DNA of 64,000 nucleotides from Octopus sinensis (Eukaryota): NCBI RefSeq assembly GCF_006345805.1, contig NC_043003.1, positions 72,168,001 to 72,232,000 of the forward strand, read 5' to 3'. Shown piece by piece: positions 1 to 12,203 of this stretch (position 1 is its first letter; each line of letters starts with the position of its first letter). The notes under the pieces were generated by a model. It saw only the letters and a program-made list of their open reading frames with translations, ran no database searches and was not told where the DNA came from. The position numbers and the translations under genes were made by a program.

Positions 1-759
1 ATTTCTCAAGAAAACAGTGAAACAATTGTAAGGGGTTAATCTATATTTTTGTTATTTTTCATTTGTCCTGCTCGCTTACGTTCATAGTGCGCTAAATTTT
101 TCTTGAGGACAATTCTTAGTGGTTGAGACTCATGCGGATCTCTCTTTAGCGTAAGGGCGTCCACTTAGTGTTTTCTCTCTCATATTTATGTTTGTATGTG
201 TGTATGTATGTAAGAAAGAGAGGGGGAAGAGATCAATAACGACTCAAGTAGCATTGAAAATAATTTAGTCCAATAAATACAGAACAATAACAATAACCAT
301 TTAAAATGAGGGAAACAATACAACACCACAACATAAACAATGAAAAAAAACTATGTCAACAATAACAACAGCAACAACTTCAAGAGAGCAACGTGAATAA
401 CAATAGCAGTAAAAACAACTACAACTGTAATAATAATAATAAGAGTAAAATCAAAACTATGTTAACAAAAATATCAGCCATATCACCCTACTATCAACCC
501 CCTGTAACCGCTACCGCTCTCGCCACTACCACCCTTTCCGTGGTACGCTCCCACCCCACCAGGCCAGGAAAGGAATGTCACTTTAAGACTTGCAGAGCCC
601 TCATACCACCTCATACACACACACACATACACGCACTTGTCACTATCACCCTGGCCAGGCTCTCCACCTGCTGTACCCATGCAAACTCTTTCACCGTTGA
701 TATGGTCATCACAACCAGTACTCTCCCCTGTTCACCTTATAATGCCGTCACTTCTCACC

Positions 760-1024
760 ACCGCTAACACCAACATCGCACCACCACCACTACGACGACG
801 ATCACCACCACCTTCTCCTGCATTACCTCCACCACCACCACCACCATCACCACCACCACCACTACTACTACTACAACCACTACTACTACTACTACTACTA
901 CTAATAATAATAATAATAATAATAATATATCATTTCCACATCTTCCCACTACCGACGCTTTCACCAACGTCACCACTAACATCCCCACCAACAACAACAA
1001 CAACGACCCCCCACCAACACTTCC

Positions 1025-1056
<32 letters not shown>

Positions 1057-1300
1057 AAACATCACCAACACTACCGACCACTACAAACAACACCATTACC
1101 AATACGAAGAACTACTACAAATAATAACACCAACACCACCATCACCACCGAGACCTCCGCATCTCCGAACCACTAACACTTCAACCATCATAACCACCAC
1201 CACCACAACAACAACAACAACCACAACTACCAACATCAGCTCCAACCCCACCGCCTGTTCCACCACCACCACCACAACCATTATCATCAGCATCAACAAC
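760..1300. repeat. Compound trinucleotide low-complexity tract (CAC/CAA/TAC/TAA)n
   Basis: Visible runs of accaccacc, actactact, ataataata and acaacaaca; explains the poly-P/L/I/H/Q ORFs. Confidence 0.95.
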
Positions 1301-1586
1301 CAGTTGAGAAATATCGCAGGCAGTTGTAAAAATACGGTTACAGTGATCTTTTGTTGACCTCTTTCTCTCCCAAACTGATGTGAATGGGTCCTGGATAATA
1401 TTGAAGGCTGCTGTAGCGAAAGAGAAGGTTTTCATGTGATAGATGCATTTGTAAGCTGTGAGCAAGTGTATGTATGTGTGTGTGTGTGTGTTTGTCTGTA
1501 TGTCTGTGTATCTGTGAGCCCTGTATTTTAGTAGTGAGATCTGTAATTGTATGTAATCTTAAGTAAATATAGTGTTAGTGTGTCTA

Positions 1587-1710
1587 TACGTGTGAAATAT
1601 ATATATATATATATACACACATACATACATATGTATGAATGTATGTGTGTGTATATTATTAAATATATTAGAGGTGGATATTCAGTGTGATAGTACGCGT
1701 GTGCGTGTGG

Positions 1711-1762
<52 letters not shown>

Positions 1763-1886
1763 CACACATACATACATATGTATGAATGTATGTGTGTGTA
1801 TATTATTAATATATTAGAGGTGGATATTCAGTGTGATAGTACGCGTGTGCGTGTGGGAATATATATATATATATATATATATATAG

Positions 1887-1919
<33 letters not shown>

Positions 1920-1978
1920 CACACATACATACATGTGCACATGCTCACATATATACTCACACACTGAATATCCACCCT
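1587..1978. repeat. (TA)n tracts with a ~147-bp-period direct duplication and a 17-bp inverted repeat
   Basis: About 1613-1713 repeated at about 1760-1860; ggtggatattcagtgtg (1819-1835) is the reverse complement of 1960-1976. Confidence 0.85.
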
Positions 1979-2539
1979 TAACATACATGCATATATTCGG
2001 GTTAACTCTTGTTGCTTTTTTTTTTTCAAGTGTCTTTAATTAATCATCAGATCGACCTCAATACTTAAAATATAATACACGTTTTATGGAAATCTTTTTA
2101 TGGGATAGCCAAGTCCATTTCAGTTAAGGCTTTTCAAACAGTCACTTACTTCTCTTTTGCAGTGTTTTTGTACATCACAAGATAGTTATTACGCCGGTAT
2201 ATTAATATCGTCCTTGGTGAACGACAGCGTCATTGGTAACAGCTCATACATTTTATTAAAAGTTTGTTTACTCACTATATTTCTTGACAAACAGAGCGAA
2301 AAAAGAGTACCTGTAACCGATGCAAAACAAATTATTCGAAGGGACTTCGTTTGTAAATTGATTTTCTGCATATGCACGTACGAATGGGAGTGATCTTGTG
2401 CTGCACTTGGTATGAGATATTCAGAAAATGAGGCACCAGTTCCTCAGTGCCTATACTGCTTTTGGATTTCTTTGAAGAAAACGTAGGTGATGCTTACATC
2501 TGTGCCAAGGGAAACGGGTGTAATACTAAATATATTCTT

Positions 2540-2990
2540 GAAAGGGATCGGACTTGATGCCATAGATTCTTTTGTGTATCATGGCAGCTGTTTCCATGGA
2601 TGGATCCCTAGATTATGAAATCAACTTGAGAATTGAGAAAACTTTGAGCCTCGCAGTTATGATGCTTGGGTCACCACAACCCTACATTACGCATCTGAGA
2701 CATGGTCCGATTCCTGTATTAACGACACATCAAAATACTTGTGAAAGTTTACCAGAAAAAGAGCTGGAAATCTGTTACACCTGACTTGCAGCGACTGGAA
2801 AAGGTAGTATTGAAGAGTTCATCACCATGTAGCATGTGATAGGTTGGTCATGTCAACTATGTTGATGATTTTATGCTTCCGAAATAATTATTTTATAAAC
2901 AATTATTCCTCTATAAGAGTCCCCAATATAAACCATAAAAAATTTCAGGACATCACTTCAACAGCTTTAGTCCTTGGACACCAGCCCTAT
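2540..2990 (+). mobile_element. Degenerate RTE-clade LINE fragment (end of RT and C-terminal region)
   Basis: Frame-shifted peptides LDAIDSFVY..SMDGSLDYEINLRIEK resemble the RTE F.YLGS..S.DG..D.EI..RI.K motif; a downstream GHV / LPK.LFY / KP-like segment resembles the RTE copy at 54540-55850. Confidence 0.65.
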
Positions 2991-3358
2991 TTCTAACACC
3001 AGCGCCTTAAAGATGGCATTCCTAGATAAGGGATGGGCTCAGGTGGAATATTTTTAATCGTAAAACTGCCGTGATTGGAATTAAGTTGAAGTTAAGTAGC
3101 GAGAGCAACAAAAGCAATAACAACATAAACATGTAGTATACAAACAATATTGTTTATTATTGTCCCAACTATTCTGTCCACCATTCATCTTTTTCTCTTC
3201 TCACCTTTATATTCCACCCATCATGTATTTCTTGTCACTTATATCTATCATCTGCCTTGTCTTCACTAATAAATTATATTTCATTCCATGATTTATATTT
3301 CTGCATTTATTCATTCTCTCACTCATTTTTTTTCTTTTTTTCTTCACTTATTTTCCAG

Positions 3359-3870
3359 TGTACGGTTATGTTCACTTACATGCAAGAGATCACTACCACA
3401 ACCGAACTCGCTCCAAACCATTTAAGAACATACAGCGTGGTGCTGGCGGCGGCGGTCTTGACGGTCTGCTAAAAGGGAGCGAAGGGCGTCGGCATTCCAG
3501 ACCGAAACCACCAGACAAGAAACGGAATGTCGTTAATGCGTTGAGTCGCAGAGGCTTCATACCTGATACACAGAAATGTTGTCGTGTGGGCAAGAAGGTT
3601 GCACGACGAAAGCTGGCGTGCAGTATGAATGTACATCTATCGAACAGCGACAGTAATTCATCATATAGAAGCACCAACTATCATAAAAGACAATACTTGG
3701 GGAAACTTTTCCCCAAGATCGGTCGATGTGCGGCCAGATTCACTAGCCATTTTGAAAAGTGCTGCAAAATGCGTCAAGAATACATGCAGCGTGTGAGGAA
3801 ATCCTGTAAATCCCGAAAGAACTACAGGAAGAGAAAATGCCGGGAAGTTGTCAGGCGGAATTTACAATAA
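3359..3870 (+). CDS. Terminal coding exon of a probable secreted, highly cationic, 8-Cys protein with an anaphylatoxin-like motif
   Basis: Long polypyrimidine tract ending ttttccAG (3357-3358), phase-1 entry, 170 open non-repetitive codons to TAA 3868-3870, GC-richer than flanks; starts (x)YG like a signal-peptide end; CCRVG-x8-ACS ... C-x10-CC with FEKCC; about 46 K+R vs 9 D+E by manual count. First exon not found upstream in the window. Confidence 0.85.
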
Positions 3871-5171
3871 TGATGATAACAACAACAACAACAATAATAA
3901 TAATAATAACAATAATAATAATAACAATCTGCATATATTCAAGACAACAAATTAACAAACGTGTATATATGACTCTGTTCGAAACAATGAAAAAAAACAA
4001 CCAAAAACTAAAAGCATACAAAAACAACAGAAGCATACGCATACACACTCTCGCTGTGAATGATAGGCAACAATTTTTTAGTAAACGTAAACAAAATCAC
4101 CGTGATAACAAGAACTAGAACAGGGGTGGCGACATAACAAAACGAGAAAATAGCAAAAACGGAAAACTGTGAAAAGGAAAATTGAAAAAAGAGTGGAAAT
4201 TAACGAGGGTGGGGAGGTGGGCAAGTGAAGAAAAAAAAGAAAGAAATATATGTACATTATAATGTTTTAATATATATATACATTATAGTGTTAAAGAATT
4301 TGGGAATTGAGATTGGTGTGGATGGCAGATTCGGTAGCAAACCAAACGGAATGCCTTGTTTGATTTAATTACGCCTCTTTGTGGTTTCAAATCCAAGCTA
4401 GGTGGAATTTATATGTCTTCTCTTCGCGTTCATAAAATGACGCACTGATCGTGTACCGGGTCGGTACGATCAACTAACCAGGAAAAGGTGTGGATTCTAT
4501 CATAGAAATTATTATTGTTGGAAGAACAAAGAGGGAAAGAAAACCGATGGTTTCTCGTCATATAGGTTAGCCTTCCTCTCTGCCACTCTCCACTTCCACA
4601 CTTTACAACACGAACAACAAGAACTACATTCAAAATTATCATAAGTGACACCGATTGCTATAATTGCCGTATCTACGATATCAACAACGAGAAGAGTTTG
4701 ATTATAATGAGATATGCTAACTTTAAATAATGACTGTAACACTGGTTGTTTCTTCTGTAGTAGTAACAACCGTAACAGTGGGAGTGCAGCATCGACAGTA
4801 AAATTAACAATAGCTATGGCAACGATGACAATCACAAGTGAAGCAATTTAACCAGAACATTCGCAAATTAGCAATACTGCTACTGACTTAACATTTGGAT
4901 CGAGAAAAATGCCATAAGCAAACCTACAAGAAAAGTATTGATGTGAAGTAACTAGAAAAAACAACGACAAGAGTAGCCTACGCATTAGCAACATTATCTG
5001 TAATTTGCCAATAGCAACAGCTAGGGTATCCATGGAACTTATCGCAACAACACTAGACATTAGCAACATGAACAAGAATATTCACAAAATGTTAGTAATA
5101 GCATCATCATTAAAACAATAATATATAACACTTTTAAGACAACAAAAATAGCAAATAAATCCTCCTCCACA

Positions 5172-5174
<3 letters not shown>

Positions 5175-5236
<62 letters not shown>

Positions 5237-5260
5237 GTCGTCGTCGTCATCATCATCATC
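5175..5260. repeat. (CAT)n/(CGT)n microsatellite
   Basis: Direct reading; source of the poly-Asp ORF. Confidence 0.95.
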
Positions 5261-5905
5261 TTCAACAACAGATGCGTAATAATGCATCAGCAATAACTAC
5301 AGCAACATCATAATCATCATCAGCAGCAACAACACCATCATCAACGCTACCATCGTCGTTATCATCATCACAAACACCGTAACCATCGTCGTCAATACCA
5401 TCTCTTGCTACTGTCATTTCAGCAACAATGTCATCTGTCACAGTAGCTTCAGCTGTTAGAGACAACATGTGCAGGAATAGCAGCAAGTTGAAGAAACAAG
5501 GAACTACAGAAACTACGTATATAATAAAAGAACGTAACAACATCAACAACCACAATAGTGCAAGGGACCAGCTCGCAAGAGAGACTCTACGTTCCCACAT
5601 CTACCATCTAAAAAACCACTTTAAATTACACCTGTTGTCTTAAAATAATTCACTCTGTATTTTACTGTCTTAAAACGCTCAAATGAAATTCTACTGCCTT
5701 TAAACATCTTAAACTATGGCATACTGCTTACCGATAGAAAAAAAGATTAATAACAATAAAGAAAAAATACATATCCTACTGTCTCAAAATTTCCCAAAGC
5801 ACACCCCACAACCTCAAACCTCCTTATGCTCCATCTTAACCACTTTAGAAAATTGTTTAATTACATCCAACTGTTTTAAAACAATGCTTCTAAAAATTAA
5901 GACAC

Positions 5906-6067
5906 AGTACAGGTGTGGCCGTGTGATAAGAAGCTTGCTTCCAGACTACATGATTTCATGTTCCCTCCCACTGCGTGGCACCTTGGGCAAGTGTGTTCTA
6001 CTATAACCTCGAGCCGACCAAAGCCTTATAAGTGGACGCGGTAGACGGAAACTGAAAGAAGCCCACC

Positions 6068-6069
<2 letters not shown>
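5906..6069 (+). mobile_element. tRNA-derived SINE family A, 5' half
   Basis: gtggccgtgtgataag...cccactgcgtggcaccttgggcaagtg...gacggaaactgaaagaagccc; same sequence inverted at about 13405-13567 and 13905-14067, and direct at 44594-44760. Confidence 0.85.
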
Positions 6070-6135
<66 letters not shown>

Positions 6136-6687
6136 TAACAAAGATGTACGGGTGTCAAGTCATTACAGCCGTTTTAAGTGGCACCATTTAATTGATTAAT
6201 GAAAACATTACATCAATAATGGAAACCAAAATATTTACATTGTTACCTTTTGTTATATCCGTGGGCGAATGAGTTTTAGAAAATAATGCGTGCCTTGATA
6301 CGCCTACTATAATTTAGAGAGTAGCAGAGGAAACAGTGGGGATCGGGATAAAAGGTGTGGTGACGTAGTTATATTTAGAAGACTCTATGTAGTATACAGT
6401 TTTCAACCATTTAGAATTAAATCCATTGGGAGTTGTCAACTGTATTCTAGTTAATAGTGATAAATCAATTAATGTCAGACAATCTCCTAGACTCCCAATG
6501 TACTGGAACCATATATCTAGCTTTATCTACATAAAATGGTAGGCTGCAAGGTTGGTAGTAAGAGAATGTCTGGTAGGAAGGGGGTAGGTAACTGGAAGAA
6601 AGAAGGATAGGGGTGGCCAATACTTATTTAGATTATCAAATAAAGGACAATATAATGAAAAACCAGGAGATAAGTAATATAAATTTT

Positions 6688-7074
6688 GTGGAGGCGCAAT
6701 GGCCCAGTGGTTAGGGCAGCGGACTCGCGGTCATAGGATCGCGGTTTCGATTCCCAGACCGGGCGTTGTGAGTGTTTATTAAGCGAAAACACCTAAAAGC
6801 TCCACGAGGCTACGGCAGGGGATGGTGGTGATCCCTGCTGTACTCTTTCACCACAACTTTCTCTCACTCTTACTTCCTGTTTCTGTTGTACCTGTATTTC
6901 AAGGGGCCGGCCTTGTCACTCTCTGTGTCACACTGAATATCCCCGAGAACTACGTTAAGGGTGCACATGTCTGTGGAGTGCTCAGCCACTTACACGTTAA
7001 TTTCACGAGCAGGCTGTTCCGTTGATTCGGATCAACCGGAACCCTCATCGTCGTAACCGACGGAGTGCTTCCAC
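6688..7074 (+). mobile_element. Full-length tRNA-derived SINE family B with 12-bp TSD
   Basis: A box tggcccagtgg, B box-like gtttcgattcc; TSD aatataaatttt at 6676-6687 and 7075-7086; near-identical inverted copy at 57766-58147. Confidence 0.95.
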
Positions 7075-7394
7075 AATATAAATTTTAGGGTGGAAATTAG
7101 AACTGAAGGATTCAGGAGGTAGTAATTTATAACTTGGCAAATTATAATATTAAACTGAGAAATCAATATGTAGAATAAGGATAGAAATTAAGCTTAAAAC
7201 CTAATAATGGGATACCTAAATATATAAGAAAAACTATTAAGAATATTCTAAGGATATTGTTTAGAAGGTCATGATAAAGACATTCTAAAATAAATGTATA
7301 ACAGAATTCGATTATCATATGGGTAGAAGTACATAGTTTATTTTAAAGCAATAAAAAGAACTATTTTCTCAACTCATTCTGCCACAGATATATG

Positions 7395-7625
7395 TTTCTT
7401 TATTACCCACAAGGGGCTAAACACAGAGGGGACAAACAAGGACAGACAAACGGATTAAGTCGATTACATCGACCCCAGTGCGAAACTGGTACTTTATTTA
7501 TCAACCCCGAAAGGATGAGAGGCAAAGTCAACCTCGGCGGAATTTGAACTCAGAACGTAACGACAGACGAAATACTGCTAGGCTTTTTGCCCGTCATGCT
7601 AACGTTTCTGCCAGCTTGCCGCCTT
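7395..7625 (-). mobile_element. tRNA-derived SINE family C (central block resembles the Meta-SINE domain)
   Basis: Minus strand ggcggcaagctggcagaaacgttagc...gagttcaaattccgccgagg..gcctctcatcctttcggggttgataaataaagtaccag; many further copies in the window. Confidence 0.85.
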
Positions 7626-7722
7626 TATATAACAAAAGGAAGCAATGTAGATATTTTGGCTTCCATTATTGATATGAATTTATTAAAAAATGGTTTATCC
7701 TTTATGTTTAAAGTCTATGTGG

Positions 7723-7809
7723 TCATCTGATGAGAACGGTTTTTTTTTCAAACTGATGTAATGTTTTCATTAATCAATTAAATGGAGTCGTTTGAAACGG
7801 CCGTAATGA
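7723..7809 (+). ncRNA. Type I hammerhead ribozyme motif
   Basis: Stem I tcat/atga, core CTGATGA (7727-7733), stem II gaacg/cgttt with long loop, GAAA, palindromic stem III ACGGCCGT, GUA cleavage triplet (7803-7805). Confidence 0.75.
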
Positions 7810-8110
7810 ATCGATACCTGTAAATCTTTGTTACTTATCTATATCCTGTCCACTTAGCTTGGAATTTGTACTTCGGAGCTATTATAAGAAGCACCTTTAT
7901 AAAAAGTACATGTCTGAAGTACCAAGAGCGGATATCTTCACTTAGCTGGGTCGCGTTGTCTAAACACACGACAGGAATATTGAGTACAAATACCCCGGTA
8001 CGGAGTCTTGATATTCAATATTCAAATAATATTGTTGGGGCGTACAGATTATACCGAACTAGCAACATGCCTCAATTTAAATACTTAATTCAACCGAATC
8101 TTAATATTTT

Positions 8111-8385
8111 GTGTGTGAGTGTGTGTGCTCGAGTGTGTTTGTGTATGTATGTATGTGTGTCTTTATGTGTGTTTGTCTCCCGCCACCGCTTTACAACCAG
8201 TGTTGGCTTGTTTACGTCACCGTAACGTAGCGTTTCGGCAAAAGACAGCGGCAGAATAAGTACCAAGCTTTAAAAAAAGTCCTGCGATCGATTTGTTCGA
8301 CTAAAAACACTCATTCAAAGGCGGTGCCCCAGCATGACTGCAGTCAAATGACTGAAACAAGTCAAAGATAAAAGATAAAAAGATA
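8111..8385 (+). mobile_element. SINE family A, 3' half
   Basis: tttacgtcaccgtaacgtagc...ggcggtgccccagcatg...aaatgactgaaacaag(taaaaga)n tail, shared with 14215-14398 and 37930-38180. Confidence 0.85.
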
Positions 8386-8959
8386 CGTTCAAGCTTTGAA
8401 GAAAACGACAGTCCATATTTAACAGAAATATTTCTAGATACAGTAAAACCTTCGTCGATCAGAGATGGGTATACATCTGCACGTGTAAAGTTCCTCTCCA
8501 GAGAAGAGACAGAGGCAATTTAAGTACTTTGACTTTTTTTTGTTGTTTTTTTTTTGTTTATGATTTTTTGCACATGCAGCAAATTTTCTCTCTCCACGTT
8601 GCCATCCATGTTGTCGAAGGGACAGGTAATTGCTGATATGATTTGGCATCAGTGTCGGCGAAGTCAAACTGCACAGTTGGAACAAATTACCTACGGTAGT
8701 GCAGAATCTCATAGCTCTAACAATTCCTCATCTCACTCTGTATTACATTTGATAATGTATCGTGGTTTATATATCATGGTATATCTAATACCACCTCACA
8801 CCATGACTGGCAAAAAAGAAAAACAAAGATAGGTTGATCACTGATGTAGTGCCCCTGATTATAAGTTTCGAGATCAAATCTCAGTTGGGGCTAAGCAACA
8901 ACACACCATCACCATAGGTAGCTAGTAATAGGTAAGAATGACACAGTCAATGTTATGCT

Positions 8960-9450
8960 TAAACTGCTGCAGCCAAAGACGGTAGGAAAGACATATGCTG
9001 GGAAGGGATTCTGAGATTGACGTTCAAAGTAGGAAAGATTGTATGTAGTGGTTAGCGTGACACCTGGAAGTTGGTCTCAAAACGGGTACTGAGTAGATGA
9101 AATACGAATGAGTCAAGAGTGCCAGAGTGGAAGTGACAGTTCGTCTCAGGAGAGATCGTCCGAGAAGCCGAGGCCATTATAGTAACGGTAGAAAGGAGGC
9201 AGTACATATGCGGACAAGAGTTTGAAATTTGTGACTTCTTGTCGAACACTCGCATGGTGTAGGATGTAGATGTGGTCTGGATTTGTAGCATCAGTACTGT
9301 CCCAAATACAATAGCAGTATACCATGGCAGGTTTCATGTGGGCGTTGTAGAGGTTAATAGTTGATGGAGGCAGAAGTATTTTAAGACCGTGCAAAAAAAG
9401 TCAGTTTTATTCGTCAGGAAAGATCTTCAGGAGACGCCTAGCATTTGAAG
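8960..9450 (-). mobile_element. Degenerate Jockey/CR1-group LINE 3' fragment
   Basis: ORF 9146-9394 LYNAHMKPAMVYCYCIWDS resembles the LYK..IRP.MEYC..IW motif of these clades. Confidence 0.7.
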
Positions 9451-9800
9451 CTATCACGAATTCTTTAGTTAATTGCGTTCATGTTTGAGGTTGCCATGTT
9501 TTTTGATATGTACATTATCGAGTAAGATGCGAACAAAATTGGTTTCTGGGGGTGGACAATGCACGCTCTGTTTGTTAGAAATAGTAACCAAATATCTCTT
9601 CAAATCTTATCCTATTAGCTTCAAAAAGAAAGGAAAGGACACATTAAATGACGTATTCCTTGGTGTATTATGCAAGAAAAAGACAGAATGACACAGTTGA
9701 AAAGCCTTTGATCATATATCTGTTGAATCTCAGAATTGACCTGTGTTTAACAACAATAAACAGAGAGATAGCACTTAAACGGAGTATACAGAAACCAGAA

Positions 9801-9841
<41 letters not shown>

Positions 9842-10603
9842 CCATTATCCTGATCATCATAATCATGGACGTCAATACCCGTAACAACAGCAACAACAAC
9901 AGCACAACAAAATGTCTGTGAGGTAATAAATATCAAACAAAAATAAAATACATACAAAAATATAGTAAAAACAAAGCAAAAGCAACAATCTACCGTTAAA
10001 CATTTCATGACTTTTTCTATTTGTTTCCTTTTGTGTTGTATGATTTTTTATATAACTGCTTGTATGTCTGTACAAATGTAGCTATTAGAAATAGCTAGGG
10101 TCTGAGAAGAAATAGTCTTGACAACAGTGGCACTACCGCAGCAATGTCGATAGTAACACAGCAACGAAGAACCGCATGGTTTAAGGACGGTAATAATAAC
10201 AGCAACAGGAACATCAACAATAAAAGCAAGAATAACAGTGTGTCAAATTTTGGCACATGATCAGAAATTTAAGGGAGAAGGGGTTACATCCACCCCCAGT
10301 ACTAGATTCTTAGTTGTAGTTTTATTGCTTGAATAGGCTTGGGAGATAGTCATATCATTTGATTAAATCTACCCTGAATTTTACGAATTTGACAGCAAAA
10401 GGATGGAAGGCATCTTGGTGGCATTTGAACTGAAAACCGCAAGATATTTGTCCAGCCATTTAACAAGTCCACCAAATTTAACAAATCCAACCATTTAACA
10501 AATCCACCAAATGACTGAAAAGTTTGACAAAACAAGAAATGAAAGAAAATGAAAGTACAACGAGGAAGATGTGAATGAAGAGCAGAATAATTCCATTATA
10601 TAC

Positions 10604-10755
10604 TTAGAGCAAGCCTTTTGTCCTCTTGAAGTTTTTTGAGGGGCGGAAATTACTCTCTTTTCTCTTGAAGGGACGATTGGGTACAGATCTTTCGGTATAG
10701 CTGTTTGGTAATAGAAAAGTTGATGCTGAAGGCAGACACACATACAGAAGCACAC
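10604..10755 (-). CDS. Candidate exon 2 of a 68-aa prepropeptide with two KR sites
   Basis: Acceptor ttttctttctctAG (10757-10756); phase-1 frame (S)VLLYVCLPSASTFLLPNSYTERSVPNRPFKRKESNFRPSKNFKRTKGLL then TAA 10606-10604. Confidence 0.5.
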
Positions 10756-11019
10756 CTAGAGAAAGAAAAACATGGAATTATTAGCCTTTACATGACATAA
10801 GTATATAATGTAAGATTATTATAGATAATAAAATAAAAGATTACTTGTAAAGATATATAACAAACATGTAGTTTTATTAAGTTTTCCATTTGTTAATCAT
10901 GAATATCTCAATACATGTTATCTTCTGTAGTCAGTAAAAGTAAATTTGTTGTTCTGTAAAAAAAAAAAAACGAAAAAAAAAAGAAAAGAAAGAAAAAAGG
11001 AAAAAACACAAATTTTTAC

Positions 11020-11074
11020 TCAGCGCCCAACTACTCAATGCCAAAAGGGTTCTGTGCAGAAACAGCTGCATCAT
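11020..11074 (-). CDS. Candidate exon 1 (signal-peptide start) of a small secreted peptide gene
   Basis: ATG at 11074, MMQLFLHRTLLALSSWAL plus 1 nt, then donor GTAAAA (11019); phase 1 matches the next exon. Confidence 0.5.
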
Positions 11075-11289
11075 ATCGCCGGTGCAAAAACGTTCCTAAA
11101 CCGCTGTCCTCTGACCAGAGTAGAAACTATATGGTCGTGACACATATTAAATGAAAAGTGCTTGATGTTTTCAAACATACGATGCAACACAACTTAAAAC
11201 CATGGTCCAATGTTGGTGTGCACAAACAATTAAAGAAAGACGATGAAACTTTTTATCAAAGTACTGTATAATAATTCTTTTTTGCAGTA

Positions 11290-11680
11290 TACATAAGGCT
11301 TCAAATTTGGTGGGAAGGGGACGAGTCGATAATGTTGACTCCTGTGCTCAATTGGTATTTATTTTAACGACCCCGAGAGGATAAAAGGCTAAGTAGACCT
11401 TAGCGGAATTTGAACTCAGACAAATAAAATACTGCTAAGCATTTTGTTCAATGTGCTAACGATGCTGTTAGCTCACTGCCTTCCCCATGGGTAACATTGG
11501 TTTCAAATGTTGGCACAAGGCCAGCAATTTCAGGTTTGCGGATAAGTCTATTACATCGACCGCCAATGTTCAACTGGTACATATTTTATCGACCCCGATA
11601 TGATGAAAGGCAAAATAGATCTCAGCGGAATTTGACATTCAGAGCGTAAAGACGGATGAAATGTCGCTAAGCATTTTGTC
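11290..11680 (-). mobile_element. Two tandem diverged SINE family C copies
   Basis: Two repeats of the gaccccga..aaggc..gacct.agcggaatttga..cag block. Confidence 0.8.
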
Positions 11681-12006
11681 AGTGAAGTATTGAGGTCAAT
11701 GTAATTGACTAGCACCCTCTCTCAAAATTTCAGGCCTTGTGCCTTTAAAGGAAAGGAATATTATCCATCGTGGCAAAAGTGTACTTCCAAAGTTGGCAAG
11801 TTATTCATTAAGAATGAAATTTATTATTGAAAGTTTTGTATTAGGCAAGACATTTTCAAATATGTAAAACGTGAAGCGATAGTTAACACACATACGCACA
11901 CACAGCCATGTACATGTACATACATATATGTATACACATGTATATCTGTGTGTGTGTGTACAGGTGTACATTTGCGTATATCTACATATGCATGTATGTA
12001 TGTATA

Positions 12007-12088
<82 letters not shown>

Positions 12089-12162
12089 CTATATATATGT
12101 ATGTACATATATATATATAGGAATATAGGAATATAAATGTATATGTATGTATCTATCTATCT

Positions 12163-12203
<41 letters not shown>

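Larger units (their letters stand above)
6200..7860 (+). mobile_element. Highly degenerate Penelope-like element interrupted by two SINEs
   Basis: Weak RT-thumb and endonuclease-like peptide remnants; ends in a type I hammerhead motif typical of PLE termini. Confidence 0.4.

Noticed and set aside
1-200. First exon of the 3359 gene
   Set aside because: GTAAGG donors exist but no ATG-initiated hydrophobic phase-1 frame precedes them
393-2029. Long ORFs rich in P/V/I/Y/H
   Set aside because: Translations of microsatellites; same for ORFs at 11.9-13.2 kb, 18.3-18.9 kb, 24.3-24.7 kb, 43.0-43.5 kb, 47.0-47.7 kb and 51-53 kb
6690-6765. tRNA gene
   Set aside because: tRNA-like head continues into a SINE body with TSDs; the same reasoning applies to other heads and 60381-60456 lacks an intact acceptor stem
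6822-7025. 67-aa ORF nearly identical to 57813-58016
   Set aside because: Both lie inside SINE family B copies; identity reflects SINE youth, not a gene
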